Below, piece after piece: positions 1-9,779 of a DNA stretch of 47,321 nt (the stretch's first letter is position 1; each line of letters opens with the position of its first letter). The position numbers were made by a program, and so were the translations under genes. The notes beneath the pieces were generated by a model, which saw only the letters and a list, made by a program, of their open reading frames with translations, made no database searches and was not told the origin of the DNA. This stretch comes from an uncultured bacterium (lineage in GTDB: Bacteria; SAR324; NAC60-12): contig CBFIGY010000022.1 of the NCBI GenBank assembly GCA_965662235.1, forward strand, positions 1-47,321. The letters run 5' to 3'.

Positions 1-80
1 TCCCGAACACGGAAGTAAAGTCCCTATGCGCCTATGGTACTGCCGGGGAAGCTCGGCGGGAGAGTCGGTCGGCGCCGACT
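1..80 (+). rRNA. rrf: 5S rRNA, 3' part (5' end outside the window)
   Basis: Starts with the conserved loop C motif TCCCGAACACGGAAG, followed by ATGGTACTG...GGGAGAGTCGGTCGGCGCC, typical of bacterial 5S rRNA. The 3' end is approximate. Confidence 0.93.
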
Positions 81-118
81 CTTTTAAGTGAGAGATTTTT
101 TTATTTTGGACGACCTGA

Positions 119-193
119 AGGCGCGTAGCTCAGTGGGAGAGCACTTCCCCGACACGGAAGGGGTCGGCGGTTCAATCCCGCCCGCGCCTACCA
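119..193 (+). tRNA. tRNA-Val (anticodon GAC)
   Basis: Cloverleaf: acceptor AGGCGCG/CGCGCCT, D arm GCTC/GAGC, anticodon stem CTTCC/GGAAG with loop CC-GAC-AC, T arm GGCGG-TTCAATC-CCGCC, encoded CCA. Confidence 0.96.
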
Positions 194-228
194 TCTCCTA
201 AAATTACATACTTGGAGGAGCCATAGGA

Positions 229-771
229 ATTCGCAGATCTCGCATTCCTACCAAGCAAGAGGATTCCACCCGGACCAACGAAAACATCACTGCATCCACT
301 GTCCGTCTCATCGGAGGCGATGGGGGACAGCTCGGCGTTGTGAGTGTTGAAGAAGCACTTGCCGAGGCGGAGAGAGCAGGACTCGATCTGGTTGAAATTT
401 CCCCAAAAGCGACTCCTCCCGTTTGTCGTTTGATGGACTACGGGAAGTTCAAGTATCAGCAAAGCAAGCGGCAGCACGCGGCGAAGCAGCATCAGAAGGT
501 CACGCATCTCAAAGAAGTGAAGATGCGTCCGAAGATCGAGGAACACGACTTTCAGTTCAAGCTCCGGAACGCGATCCGCTTCCTAGAAGATGGCGACAAG
601 GTCAAGGTTCTGGTCATGTTCATGGGCCGACAGATTGCTCGTAAGGAACTCGGTCTTGCGCTGCTGGAACGCTTTCAGCAGGAGCTTGGAGAGAAAGCCG
701 TACTGGAGCAGCCCGCCAAAAGCGAGGGCCGCTCAATGTTCATGATTTTATCACCACCTAAGAAGAAGTAA
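229..771 (+). CDS. infC: Translation initiation factor IF-3 (non-canonical start, ATT at 229 or ATA at 223)
   Basis: IF3 motifs ([35 protein letters not shown]). The frame stays open upstream of the tracked GTG at 340 and encodes the IF3 N-domain ([20 protein letters not shown]) back to a TAA at 199. SD GGAGG at 214-218. Confidence 0.95.
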   Translation: MRRSRIPTKQEDSTRTNENITASTVRLIGGDGGQLGVVSVEEALAEAERAGLDLVEISPKATPPVCRLMDYGKFKYQQSKRQHAAKQHQKVTHLKEVKMRPKIEEHDFQFKLRNAIRFLEDGDKVKVLVMFMGRQIARKELGLALLERFQQELGEKAVLEQPAKSEGRSMFMILSPPKKK

Positions 772-772
772 G

Positions 773-970
773 ATGGCTGTTAAAACCAAGACCCATCGTG
801 GAGCGGCAAAACGCTTCAAGAAGACAGCCGGGGGCCTGAAACGGAAGAAAGCCTTCCTGCGCCACGGAATGAGAAAACGTAACCAAGACGTGAAACGCGC
901 TCTGCGCCAAAAGACCATGGTCTGTAAGGCGGATGCTGAGCGAGTTTCCGCAATGCTTCCGAACGGATAA
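773..970 (+). CDS. rpmI: 50S ribosomal protein L35
   Basis: [15 protein letters not shown] motif, 65 aa, basic, between infC and rplT. Confidence 0.97.
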   Translation: MAVKTKTHRGAAKRFKKTAGGLKRKKAFLRHGMRKRNQDVKRALRQKTMVCKADAERVSAMLPNG

Positions 971-974
971 GATC

Positions 975-1334
975 ATGGCACGCATCAAGCGAGCAGTTAA
1001 CGCAAACAAACGAAAAAAAGCGTACTTCAAGGCAGCAAAAGGCTACCGCGGTGGCCGCAGCCGCCTGTGGCGAACCGTCAAAGACGCGGTAGATCGCTCA
1101 CGGGAGTACAGCTACCGGGACCGTAAAGTCCGGAAACGAGACTTCCGTTCCATGTGGATTGTCCGGATCAATGCCGCAGTCCGAGACTTGGGACTGAGCT
1201 ACAGCCAGTTCATGCATGGTCTCAAGGAACTGAACATCGAGATGGATCGCAAGTCCTTGGCCAACTTGGCCGTTGAAGAGCCCCAAGCCTTTTCAGCAAT
1301 TGCTGAGCAGGTTAAGGGAAAGCTCGCCGCCTAA
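975..1334 (+). CDS. rplT: 50S ribosomal protein L20
   Basis: MARIKR..AKGYRGGRS..YSYRDRKVRKRDFRSMWIVRINAA. Start set at ATG 975. Confidence 0.97.
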   Translation: MARIKRAVNANKRKKAYFKAAKGYRGGRSRLWRTVKDAVDRSREYSYRDRKVRKRDFRSMWIVRINAAVRDLGLSYSQFMHGLKELNIEMDRKSLANLAVEEPQAFSAIAEQVKGKLAA

Positions 1335-1342
1335 GCATCTTC

Positions 1343-1369
1343 TGACTCAGTGGTACCTCCACTGAGTCA
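1343..1369 (+). terminator. Hairpin after rplT, probable terminator or mRNA 3' stabiliser
   Basis: Perfect 11-bp stem TGACTCAGTGG-tacct-CCACTGAGTCA, followed by a pyrimidine tract that is not a clean poly-U. Confidence 0.6.
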
Positions 1370-1515
1370 CCCCCCTCTTCTTTCGACGACTCTCGTCACT
1401 CCTCCCGCAAGCAAATCGGACCCGGATCTGAACCCGCGGTCTCTGGTCAAAAGTGCCTGCTTACCCTCCAGAACCCCCCGTTTATCTTTCAGAACTAGGC
1501 TCATTTAATTCGTGA

Positions 1516-1543
1516 TCTGACCGATCGCTAATTGAACCCTAAC
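1516..1543 (+). promoter_or_regulatory. Putative Pho-box-like direct repeats upstream of pstC
   Basis: TCTGAC (1516), GCTAAT (1527) and CCTAAC (1538) at an exact 11-bp period. The same motif is repeated upstream of phoX. Confidence 0.45.
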
Positions 1544-1604
1544 ATTGATGCGCTAGGCTCAAAAGAGTTATTTATTTTGAGTCTCCTTCAGAGCCGCATC
1601 TCTC

Positions 1605-2969
1605 ATGCCTCCCTTACTTTCAGCCGCATTCCTCCTCCTTCTGTTCTCGGCCTACATTGTGGGGCAGACCCGAGCCCGGACGGTTTCTCTGCAACACGGA
1701 AAGCTGCATTCGCTTCCGACGTACCACGGATACTACGTCGCCATCTGGTGTGGCGTTCCAGCCGTTTTGGTGTCAGTGGGGTGGCTCTTGATTGAGCACT
1801 GGCTCTTCAAGGACTGGATCCTTGGTTCCATCAGTCTGGACTTGGCCCAAGGGCAGCGAGAGTTGATCTTCAATGAGATTTCGGTGCTGGCAGATGGTGG
1901 AAACTTCCAGCCCAGCAGCCCGGAAGTGGCCGCTGCCGCCCAGCAATTAGCGGGATGGCGCAGCGTCAGTTCGATGAGCATGACCACCATCGTCCTTGTG
2001 TTGATGATTCTCGGAATTCTTGTGGCTCGGGCCAAGGTGGCCCCGCAGTTCCGAGCCCGGCACACCGTCGAACGCTTCTTTACCGGCTTCCTGGTTCTCA
2101 GCTCCACCATCGCGATCCTCACAACGGTCGGAATTGTGGTCTCGCTGCTTTTCGAAAGCTGGCGCTTCTTTGAGCAAATCTCTCCCATTGAGTTCCTCTT
2201 CGGCACCAAGTGGTACCCACAGATTTCCATCCGAGCGGACCAAGCGGCGAGTGAAGGCGCATTTGGAGCCATTCCCTTATTTGCTGGAACTCTGCTGATT
2301 TCCTTGGTGGCCATGCTGGTGGCCGTGCCCATTGGCTTGTTCTCGGCGATTTACTTTGCCGAGTACGCGACCAAGCGGCTCCGTTCCTGGATCAAGCCGA
2401 TGCTCGAAATCCTGGCCGGGGTTCCAACCGTGGTGTACGGCTTCTTTGCCGCCCTGACGGTTGCCCCATGGATCAAGAGCAGCGGGGAAACAATGGGGCT
2501 CGACGTTTCCTCCCAAAGCGCCTTGGCCGCAGGACTGGTGATGGGGGTGATGATCATTCCCTTCATCTCATCGCTTTCGGATGATGTGATCAATGCGGTT
2601 CCCCAAACCCTCCGGGACGGCTCCTATGCAATGGGGGCAACTAAATCTGAGACCATCAAGCAGGTGATCATGCCGGCAGCTCTCCCGGGAATTGTTGGGG
2701 CGATCCTCTTGGCGGTGTCCCGGGCCGTTGGGGAAACCATGATTGTGGTGATGGCTGCTGGATTAGCCGCTAAATTGACCATGAATCCACTGGAAAACGT
2801 GACCACGGTCACGGTTCAGATCGTGGTGGCGTTGGTCGGAGACCAAGAATTTGATGACCCCAAGACGCTCTCTGCGTTTGCCTTGGGACTGGTCCTCTTC
2901 ATTGTCACCCTCATTTTGAATGTGATTGCTTTGCAGATCGTGAAGCGCTACCGAGAAAAGTATGATTGA
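1605..2969 (+). CDS. pstC: Phosphate ABC transporter permease PstC (long form with N-terminal extension)
   Basis: GAFGAIPLFAGTLLIS, KPMLEILAGVPTVVYGFFA, SRAVGETMIV motifs; first gene of pstCAB-phoU. Confidence 0.95.
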   Translation: MPPLLSAAFLLLLFSAYIVGQTRARTVSLQHGKLHSLPTYHGYYVAIWCGVPAVLVSVGWLLIEHWLFKDWILGSISLDLAQGQRELIFNEISVLADGGNFQPSSPEVAAAAQQLAGWRSVSSMSMTTIVLVLMILGILVARAKVAPQFRARHTVERFFTGFLVLSSTIAILTTVGIVVSLLFESWRFFEQISPIEFLFGTKWYPQISIRADQAASEGAFGAIPLFAGTLLISLVAMLVAVPIGLFSAIYFAEYATKRLRSWIKPMLEILAGVPTVVYGFFAALTVAPWIKSSGETMGLDVSSQSALAAGLVMGVMIIPFISSLSDDVINAVPQTLRDGSYAMGATKSETIKQVIMPAALPGIVGAILLAVSRAVGETMIVVMAAGLAAKLTMNPLENVTTVTVQIVVALVGDQEFDDPKTLSAFALGLVLFIVTLILNVIALQIVKRYREKYD

Positions 2970-4251
2970 TCGCTCCCAACGAGATCCGGAGTTCAGCAGC
3001 CGGTTAGTCCGGAAGCGTTACGCGGCAGAGCGACGGTTCCGCTTCTACGGCATCCTTGCGATGACCCTGGGAGTGGGGGCCGTTGGTTTCCTCATCTTTA
3101 CGATCTTCTCCTCAGGCTACACGGCCTTCAGCCGATCGCGATTGGCCGTGGAAGTGTTTTTGGACACAGACCGTTTGGGAGTGACTGCAGAAAGCAGCGA
3201 GGAGGACCTCCGGCGGACCAGCTACGATTCGGTCTTACGGAAGGCATGGGTCGAGTCGTTTCCGGAAGTGACCGCCCGCTCCGATCGTCGAGAGCTGTTG
3301 CAGCTGCTGAGCTCAGGGGCTGGGAATGAGATTCGGCAGGCGGTGATGGACAATCCGGACCTGCTCGGGACCACTCATACCTTTTACGTCCTAGCGACCT
3401 CCAATGTGGACCAGATCATCAAGGGCAACGCTCCACGAGACATTGAGGAGTCCCGTCGCCTGATCAACGACAAGCAGTTGGCTTGGGTGGACCAGGTCCA
3501 AGCGGAAGGGCGTCTGACCCAGAGCTTCAATACCAGCTTTTTTCTCAATGGCGACTCGCGGTCAGCAGAGATCGCGGGACTGGGGGGAGCACTGATTGGC
3601 TCGCTGTATGCGCTGCTGGTGTGCTTCCTATTGAGCTTCCCGATCGGAGTGGCGGCTGCAATGTACCTAGAGGAGTTTGCCCCCAAGAACCGGTGGACGG
3701 AGCTGATTGAGGTCAACATCAACAACTTGGCCGCGGTCCCATCCATCGTCTTTGGTTTGCTGGGACTGGCCGTCTTCCTCAACTTCTTTGGCGTTCCCCG
3801 CGGCACGCCTCTGGCCGGAGGACTGGTTCTGTCCCTCATGACCCTTCCCACCATCATCATCGCCTGCCGTGCATCAATCAAAGCCGTGCCCCCCAGCATC
3901 CGGGAAGCGGCGCTGGGCATGGGCGCGTCTCCCATGCAGGTGATGATTCACCATGTGCTGCCCCTAGCGCTTCCGGGAACTCTGACCGGAACCATCATCG
4001 GTTTGGCTCAGGCGCTTGGAGAGACCGCGCCGCTGCTGATGATTGGCATGTTCGCCTTTGTGGCCGACATCCCCGGCGGCCCCTTGCAGTCGGCCTCCGC
4101 CTTGCCGGTTCAGATCTACCTGTGGGCAGAAAGCTCGGAACGTGGGTACGTCGAATTGACGGCAGCGGGCATTATGGTCATTCTGGTCTTCTTGATTGCC
4201 ATGAATTCGCTGGCGGTCATCCTACGAAAACGCTTTGAACGCCGCTGGTAA
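2962..4251 (+). CDS. pstA: Phosphate ABC transporter permease PstA (long form with periplasmic insert)
   Basis: [39 protein letters not shown]; overlaps the pstC stop. Confidence 0.95.
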   Translation: MIDRSQRDPEFSSRLVRKRYAAERRFRFYGILAMTLGVGAVGFLIFTIFSSGYTAFSRSRLAVEVFLDTDRLGVTAESSEEDLRRTSYDSVLRKAWVESFPEVTARSDRRELLQLLSSGAGNEIRQAVMDNPDLLGTTHTFYVLATSNVDQIIKGNAPRDIEESRRLINDKQLAWVDQVQAEGRLTQSFNTSFFLNGDSRSAEIAGLGGALIGSLYALLVCFLLSFPIGVAAAMYLEEFAPKNRWTELIEVNINNLAAVPSIVFGLLGLAVFLNFFGVPRGTPLAGGLVLSLMTLPTIIIACRASIKAVPPSIREAALGMGASPMQVMIHHVLPLALPGTLTGTIIGLAQALGETAPLLMIGMFAFVADIPGGPLQSASALPVQIYLWAESSERGYVELTAAGIMVILVFLIAMNSLAVILRKRFERRW

Positions 4252-4261
4252 TTCGGAATCC

Positions 4262-5083
4262 ATGTACTCAAATCGCACCATGAACGAACCCAAAGCAACC
4301 TCGGTGGCACAAGAGGAACAAGCACCTCATCACCGCATCACGGCAAACGACGTCCGCGTCTTCTACGGAGACAAGGAAGCGCTGCATGGCATCAACATCA
4401 ACATCCAGGCCAACAGCGTGACGGCCCTGATTGGTCCATCCGGATGCGGAAAGTCCACGTTCCTACGCTGCATCAACCGCATGAACGACGTGATTGAGGG
4501 CTGCCGAGTGACTGGAACCATTGCCCTAGACGGCAAGGACGTCTATGATCCGAAGCTGGATGTGGTTCAGCTCCGGGAAAAGGTCGGGATGGTGTTTCAG
4601 AAGCCCAACCCCTTCCCCAAGTCAATTTATGACAACATCGCCTACGGCCCCCGCATTCACGGCCTGGCACGGAACCGTCAGGAGCTGGACGAAATTGTGG
4701 AAACCAGCCTCCGCCGTGCTGGACTCTTTGAAGAGGTCAAGGACCGTCTGAGTGAGCCCGGCACCGGGCTTTCCGGAGGACAGCAACAGCGCCTCTGCAT
4801 TGCTCGGGCGATTTCGGTGAGTCCGGAAGTCATCCTCATGGATGAGCCTGCCTCCGCGTTGGACCCGATTGCAACGGCCCGGATTGAGGAACTGATTGAT
4901 GAGCTGAGGCAGAACTACACGATCATCATCGTCACCCACTCCATGCAGCAGGCCGCCCGGGTTTCACAGCAAACCGGGTTCTTCCACATGGGGGATCTTG
5001 TAGAGTTTGGTCCCACTGACGACATCTTCGTACGGCCGCAGGACAAGCGGACGCAGGATTACATTACTGGACGCTTCGGATAA
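4262..5083 (+). CDS. pstB: Phosphate ABC transporter ATPase PstB
   Basis: [61 protein letters not shown]. Start is ATG 4262 or 4280. Confidence 0.96.
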   Translation: MYSNRTMNEPKATSVAQEEQAPHHRITANDVRVFYGDKEALHGININIQANSVTALIGPSGCGKSTFLRCINRMNDVIEGCRVTGTIALDGKDVYDPKLDVVQLREKVGMVFQKPNPFPKSIYDNIAYGPRIHGLARNRQELDEIVETSLRRAGLFEEVKDRLSEPGTGLSGGQQQRLCIARAISVSPEVILMDEPASALDPIATARIEELIDELRQNYTIIIVTHSMQQAARVSQQTGFFHMGDLVEFGPTDDIFVRPQDKRTQDYITGRFG

Positions 5084-5087
5084 CATC

Positions 5088-5741
5088 ATGCCCTCACACC
5101 TGGAAAAGCAAATCAACCAACTCAAGCACAACGCCCTCCGCCTCTCAACTGTGGTGGAAGATAGCGTCCAGCGCGCCCTGACGGCGTTTGAGCAGCGAGA
5201 CTCCGAGCTCGCGGCCCGTGTGATTGCCGAAGACCGGCACATTGATGTGATGGAGATTGACCTAGAGGAAGAATGCCTGAAGCTTCTTGCTCTCTATCAG
5301 CCGGTCGCGCTGGATCTGCGCTACATTGTGTCCATCCTGAAGATTGACGGCGAGCTGGAGAACATTGGAGATCAGGCCAAAGACATCTCCCGGAGGGTGC
5401 TTGCGCTCTGCGACCTCCCAGAAAATGACCTGAAGTTTGACTTCACGCCCCTGATCAACAAGGTGCAGTGGATGCTGAAGAACAGCCTGGACTCGCTCAT
5501 CATGCTGGATGCGGCGTTGGCCCGGAAGGTCTGTACGGTTGATGATGAGGTGGATGACATGTACGACCAACTCCTCAAGGAAATCCACGAGGCCATGAAT
5601 GTGCACCACAAGCACATCAGGAGCCTGATTGAGGAGCAGCGCATCTGCGTGTACCTGGAACAGATCGCAGACTACGCGAAGAAGATCGCTGAGGATGTGG
5701 TGTACACGGCGGAGGCGGTGGTGATCCGCCACCAGAAGTAA
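5088..5741 (+). CDS. phoU: Phosphate signalling protein PhoU
   Basis: Two PhoU repeats (ALYQPVALDLRYIVSILKI..ELENIGD; DDEVDDMY..LEQIADY..IAEDVVY), directly after pstB. Confidence 0.93.
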   Translation: MPSHLEKQINQLKHNALRLSTVVEDSVQRALTAFEQRDSELAARVIAEDRHIDVMEIDLEEECLKLLALYQPVALDLRYIVSILKIDGELENIGDQAKDISRRVLALCDLPENDLKFDFTPLINKVQWMLKNSLDSLIMLDAALARKVCTVDDEVDDMYDQLLKEIHEAMNVHHKHIRSLIEEQRICVYLEQIADYAKKIAEDVVYTAEAVVIRHQK

Positions 5742-5744
5742 GGC

Positions 5745-7007
5745 CTACCGCTGCAACGCCTTGGCGGCAATGTCCTTCCGAAACTGCTTTCCCTTGAACT
5801 GAACCCGTTCCATGGCCGCATAAGCGGTGGAGCGGGCTTCCTCCAGTCCCGGTCCCTGAGCCGTTACCCCGAAAACGCGCCCCCCATTGGTCACCAGCTG
5901 ACCTTCCTGCAGACGTGTGCCTGCGTGAAACAGCTGGGACGCTCCTTCCGGAGGCGCCGTGAGGGTAATGGGAAGCCCCTTGGTGGGAGGACCCGGATAA
6001 CCCGGTGCCGCGGCAATCACGCACACGGAAGCGTCCGGATGCCACGTGATGGGCGTCGTGGCCAGAGAGCCGTTCAGCACAGCAAGGAAAATGTCCACAA
6101 GGTCAGACTGGAGGCGTGGCAGAATGACCTGCGCCTCCGGATCCCCAAACCGGACATTGAACTCGATCACCTTCGGGCCCTCTGCGGTGATCATCAGTCC
6201 TGCGTAAAGCACCCCCCGATACGGCATGCCTGCCTGCGCCAGTCCGGACGCTAGGGGCTGAAGGATGGTCTCGGTGATCACCGGGAGCACCGACTCCAGA
6301 TGAGGAACCGGCGAGTACGCCCCCATTCCACCCGTATTGGGACCGAGGTCTCCGTCAAAAATCGGCTTGTGGTCCTGAGACGGCACCATCGGACGGACGG
6401 TTTCTCCATCAACAAACGCTAGCACCGTCATCTCCTCACCCCGGAGGCACTCCTCGATCACCACCCGACTTCCGGACTCCCCAAACACCTGATGACTCAT
6501 GGCGTCCTCCAGCGCCTGCTCAGCTTCCTCAACCGTCTCTGCGACGGTGACCCCTTTACCGGCGGCGAGGCCATCGGCTTTGATGACAATGGGAGCGCCT
6601 TGCTGATGCACGTAACGCTTGGCGGCATCAAGGTCCGTAAAATCAGCGTAGGCTGCGGTGGGAATGCTGAACTGCGCCATGATGCTCTTGGCGAATGCCT
6701 TGCTGCCCTCCAGCTGAGCCGACTGCTGATTGGGACCGAAAATGGCGAGCCCCTCCGCCTGAAACGCGTCCACGATTCCCTGCGTGAGGGGTTCTTCCGG
6801 ACCCACCACCGTCAGGTCGATTCGCTGCTCCTGAGCAAACCGCTTGAGCCCCTCTAGGTCATTGGAAGCAATCGGGACGCACTCGGCCAACTCGGCGATT
6901 CCGGGATTGCCAGGAGCGCAGTAAAGGGCCTGAACACGAGGGCTCTGAGCAAGTTTCCAGACCAGCGCGTGCTCGCGCCCGCCGTTTCCAACGACTAAAA
7001 GCTTCAT
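5745..7007 (-). CDS. purD: Phosphoribosylamine--glycine ligase
   Basis: VGNGGREHAL, APGNPG, VGPEEPL, LEGSKAFAK, KADGLAAGKGV, GPNTGGMGAYSP, EFNVRFGDPE, TNGGRV. Confidence 0.97.
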   Translation of the reverse strand: MKLLVVGNGGREHALVWKLAQSPRVQALYCAPGNPGIAELAECVPIASNDLEGLKRFAQEQRIDLTVVGPEEPLTQGIVDAFQAEGLAIFGPNQQSAQLEGSKAFAKSIMAQFSIPTAAYADFTDLDAAKRYVHQQGAPIVIKADGLAAGKGVTVAETVEEAEQALEDAMSHQVFGESGSRVVIEECLRGEEMTVLAFVDGETVRPMVPSQDHKPIFDGDLGPNTGGMGAYSPVPHLESVLPVITETILQPLASGLAQAGMPYRGVLYAGLMITAEGPKVIEFNVRFGDPEAQVILPRLQSDLVDIFLAVLNGSLATTPITWHPDASVCVIAAAPGYPGPPTKGLPITLTAPPEGASQLFHAGTRLQEGQLVTNGGRVFGVTAQGPGLEEARSTAYAAMERVQFKGKQFRKDIAAKALQR

Positions 7008-7122
7008 AAAATCCTGTCACAAGAAGGGGTGGGCTCACGGAGCCGCCAAGAGGAACCGTCTGTTGAAGACGCTATTGTCGGGAGCTTTGGCCTCGGGTTC
7101 AAGCCATACCACAGAACACCGT

Positions 7123-9618
7123 TCAGGGAGCGGTGGACGAGGAGCGGTTTCGCTCCAGCACCGCCATCAGCGCAGGAGCTACCATCAGGTCAGCCAGCAG
7201 GGCAAAGAGGAGCGCGGTGCCGGTGATGAGTCCGAAGGAAAAGAGGTTGCTCATGTCGGAGATGATGTAGGTGTAGAACCCGCTTGCCAGCACAACGGTG
7301 GTAAACAGCATGGCGCGTCCGGTCGTCGTCAGGGTCTGGTGAACGGCCTGCATCACGTCGCCAGTTTGGTCGTGGAAGCGCCGGAAGTTGTGGAGGAAGT
7401 GAATGGTGTCATCCACCGCCAGCCCAAGTGCAATGCTTCCGACCAGGATCGACATGGCGTCTAGGGGAAGGTCCAGCAGCTGCATCAGCCCCAGCCCGAG
7501 CACAATGGGAAGCAGGTTGGGGATCATGCTCCACAGCCCCAACCGGACGCTTCCCAGCACCAGCATCATCATCAAGGTGATGACGCCACTGGCAATGAGG
7601 TAGCTTTCCACCATGCTCTCCATGAGCAGCTGAATGGTGTGTGACATGAGGGTCAGGAACCCCGTGAGCAGCACCTTCGCGTCAGATCCAAAGATTTTTG
7701 CCGCGAGCGCCTCCACGGCGTCGAGCATGGGAACGTAGGCGTTGGCATCGGTCCACGGCATCTTCAGCGTCACCCGGGCCGTGGTGTACTCCGGATCCAC
7801 TAGGCGCTCCAGGTCGTCTGAGCCGGCGTTTTCAAACAGCAACAGCTCCTGAGAAATCAAATTCGCAGAGGTGGGGATGGCATAGAAGTCGGCCTGGTTG
7901 TCGTTCAGGGCCTGATGGATCTGCTTCAGGGTATCGGCGATTGAGGTGGATTTTCCCACATAAACGGGTCCCACCTCGAGTTGCTCGGCTTCCCGGTTGA
8001 AGCGTTCCAGGGCGCTCATGGTCTCCGGAGCCTTGACGCTCTGGGGAGGCTGCACCACAAGCTCCGCAATAACGGCTCCACGCATTTCTTCATTGATGGT
8101 CGCGCTTGCAATCCGAGCGGGGCTGTCCTCGGGAAGCCAGGCGACTGGATCATGAGAAAAGCGGAGGTCGAGCGAAAGCAGGAGCGCGCCCGCAACCGTT
8201 GCGGCAAAGAAGGTCAGCACCCAGCGGGCGTGGCGTACGGAAAACTCGCCAATTCCTGCCAGGAGCTTTTCAGAGAGGGTTTCTTCCTCGTGCTGAGGGC
8301 GAGGCCGGGGTTGGAGCGGCAGCAAGGACACAAGCGCTGGCAAAAGCGTCAGGGTCAGGACCACAGAAAGCAACACGCCAAAGGCACCAAAGCGTCCCAT
8401 TTGCGCCACTGGCTCCATGGGAGCGCCCGAAAACGAAAGCAGCCCTCCTGCGGTCGTCAGGCTGGTGACCAGAATGGCAATTCCGGAATGTCCCATGGCG
8501 TTGACCAGAGACTGCTCCAGGGAGGTGTGCCGGTCGTAGTGCTGGAAAAAGAGCGTCAGCAAATGAACGGAGTACCCCACCCCCACCGCAAGCATGAAGG
8601 AGGGCAGGATCTGCGACACAATGGTGACAGGAGCCTGCATCCACGCCATGGCGCCAATGGTTCCTGCCAGCGACAGCACAACCATCAGCAGAGGCAGAAC
8701 AATGCCCACTAGCCTGCGGAAGACCAGGAACAGCAGAGAAACAATCAGGGTCATGGAAATGACCGTGAACCGAGGGATGTTGCTCATCATCTCCTCCAGG
8801 ATCACGCGCTCCATCACCAAGGAGCCACCTTCATAAATGCGGAAGTCGTCACTCTGAAACCGCTCCATCACCTGAGCCACGGCTCGTGTGAAGTCCACTT
8901 TTTCCTCCTGTGTCAGCAGGCGTGGCGTCTGGGCAGTGGAGTCTGTTGGGGGTTCTGAGGCGTCGGCAGAATCGGGTTCCGCGGGGTCATCGAATCCTCC
9001 CAGGTCCAGGGATCCGTCGGTTCCTTCAGAAGAGTCGAAGGCCAGAAGGTCGTCGCTGGAGGCATCAGGCGGAGCAGGCGCAACCCAAGCGACCGGGCGG
9101 GCGATGACCAGCAATAGGTGCCCATCTGGAGAGACCAGATTGTTTTCGTAGAAGGGATTGCTCAGAGCCCGGTTCCAGAAGACCTGAAGCTCCTCCTCGG
9201 TTTGAGGAAAGGGGTCCATGAGTTCCTGAACCACCAGCTGATCGCCCTCTCCGCGGGTAGCGGTGACGTTGACTAGGCTCTGGACCTCATCCAGATTGGG
9301 CAGCTCTGCTTCTAGGGTCTGGTGCAGCTCCTTCAGGGTTTCTAGGGTCTTCAGGGAAAATGGATCGGCGGCCTCGATCATCAGGAGCGCAGAGGAGTCG
9401 TTTCCAAACTGCTCCTTGAAGGCGTTGTAGGCCTGCAACGAGGCATCTTCTCGTTCAAAGAAGCCCTCTGTGGAGGTGTCAACGGTGAGGCGGTTGAGGG
9501 AGCCTAGGAGCCCCACTAGGAGCACTAGGTTCGCCACGATGACCCACCACCGCCACCGAATGACCCACCAGGCAAAGGACTCAAAGTAAACTTCAGTTTG
9601 GTGAATCCAACGGCGCAT
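7123..9618 (-). CDS. MMPL/RND-superfamily inner-membrane transporter
   Basis: Two repeats of periplasmic loop plus multiple TM helices; motifs TSLTTAGGLLS, SIALGLAVDDTIHF, TGRAMLFTT. Confidence 0.88.
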   Translation of the reverse strand: MRRWIHQTEVYFESFAWWVIRWRWWVIVANLVLLVGLLGSLNRLTVDTSTEGFFEREDASLQAYNAFKEQFGNDSSALLMIEAADPFSLKTLETLKELHQTLEAELPNLDEVQSLVNVTATRGEGDQLVVQELMDPFPQTEEELQVFWNRALSNPFYENNLVSPDGHLLLVIARPVAWVAPAPPDASSDDLLAFDSSEGTDGSLDLGGFDDPAEPDSADASEPPTDSTAQTPRLLTQEEKVDFTRAVAQVMERFQSDDFRIYEGGSLVMERVILEEMMSNIPRFTVISMTLIVSLLFLVFRRLVGIVLPLLMVVLSLAGTIGAMAWMQAPVTIVSQILPSFMLAVGVGYSVHLLTLFFQHYDRHTSLEQSLVNAMGHSGIAILVTSLTTAGGLLSFSGAPMEPVAQMGRFGAFGVLLSVVLTLTLLPALVSLLPLQPRPRPQHEEETLSEKLLAGIGEFSVRHARWVLTFFAATVAGALLLSLDLRFSHDPVAWLPEDSPARIASATINEEMRGAVIAELVVQPPQSVKAPETMSALERFNREAEQLEVGPVYVGKSTSIADTLKQIHQALNDNQADFYAIPTSANLISQELLLFENAGSDDLERLVDPEYTTARVTLKMPWTDANAYVPMLDAVEALAAKIFGSDAKVLLTGFLTLMSHTIQLLMESMVESYLIASGVITLMMMLVLGSVRLGLWSMIPNLLPIVLGLGLMQLLDLPLDAMSILVGSIALGLAVDDTIHFLHNFRRFHDQTGDVMQAVHQTLTTTGRAMLFTTVVLASGFYTYIISDMSNLFSFGLITGTALLFALLADLMVAPALMAVLERNRSSSTAP

Positions 9619-9779
9619 CCGGGCCTAAGTGAGGAAAGAATGGGATTTGATGGCAGCCGAATCAGCATAAACAGGAGGGCTGAGAGAACTCAAGCTGCTC
9701 TTGCCTCTTTGGCAAAAACGCGATTAACCTAAAAGACGTACTCAAATTGAATCTCAGATACAACCCCTTCAAAACCAGC

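Noticed and set aside
79..108. Terminator after 5S rRNA
   Set aside because: A T-run is present, but the stem (CTCT/AGAG) is only about 4 bp, too weak to call.
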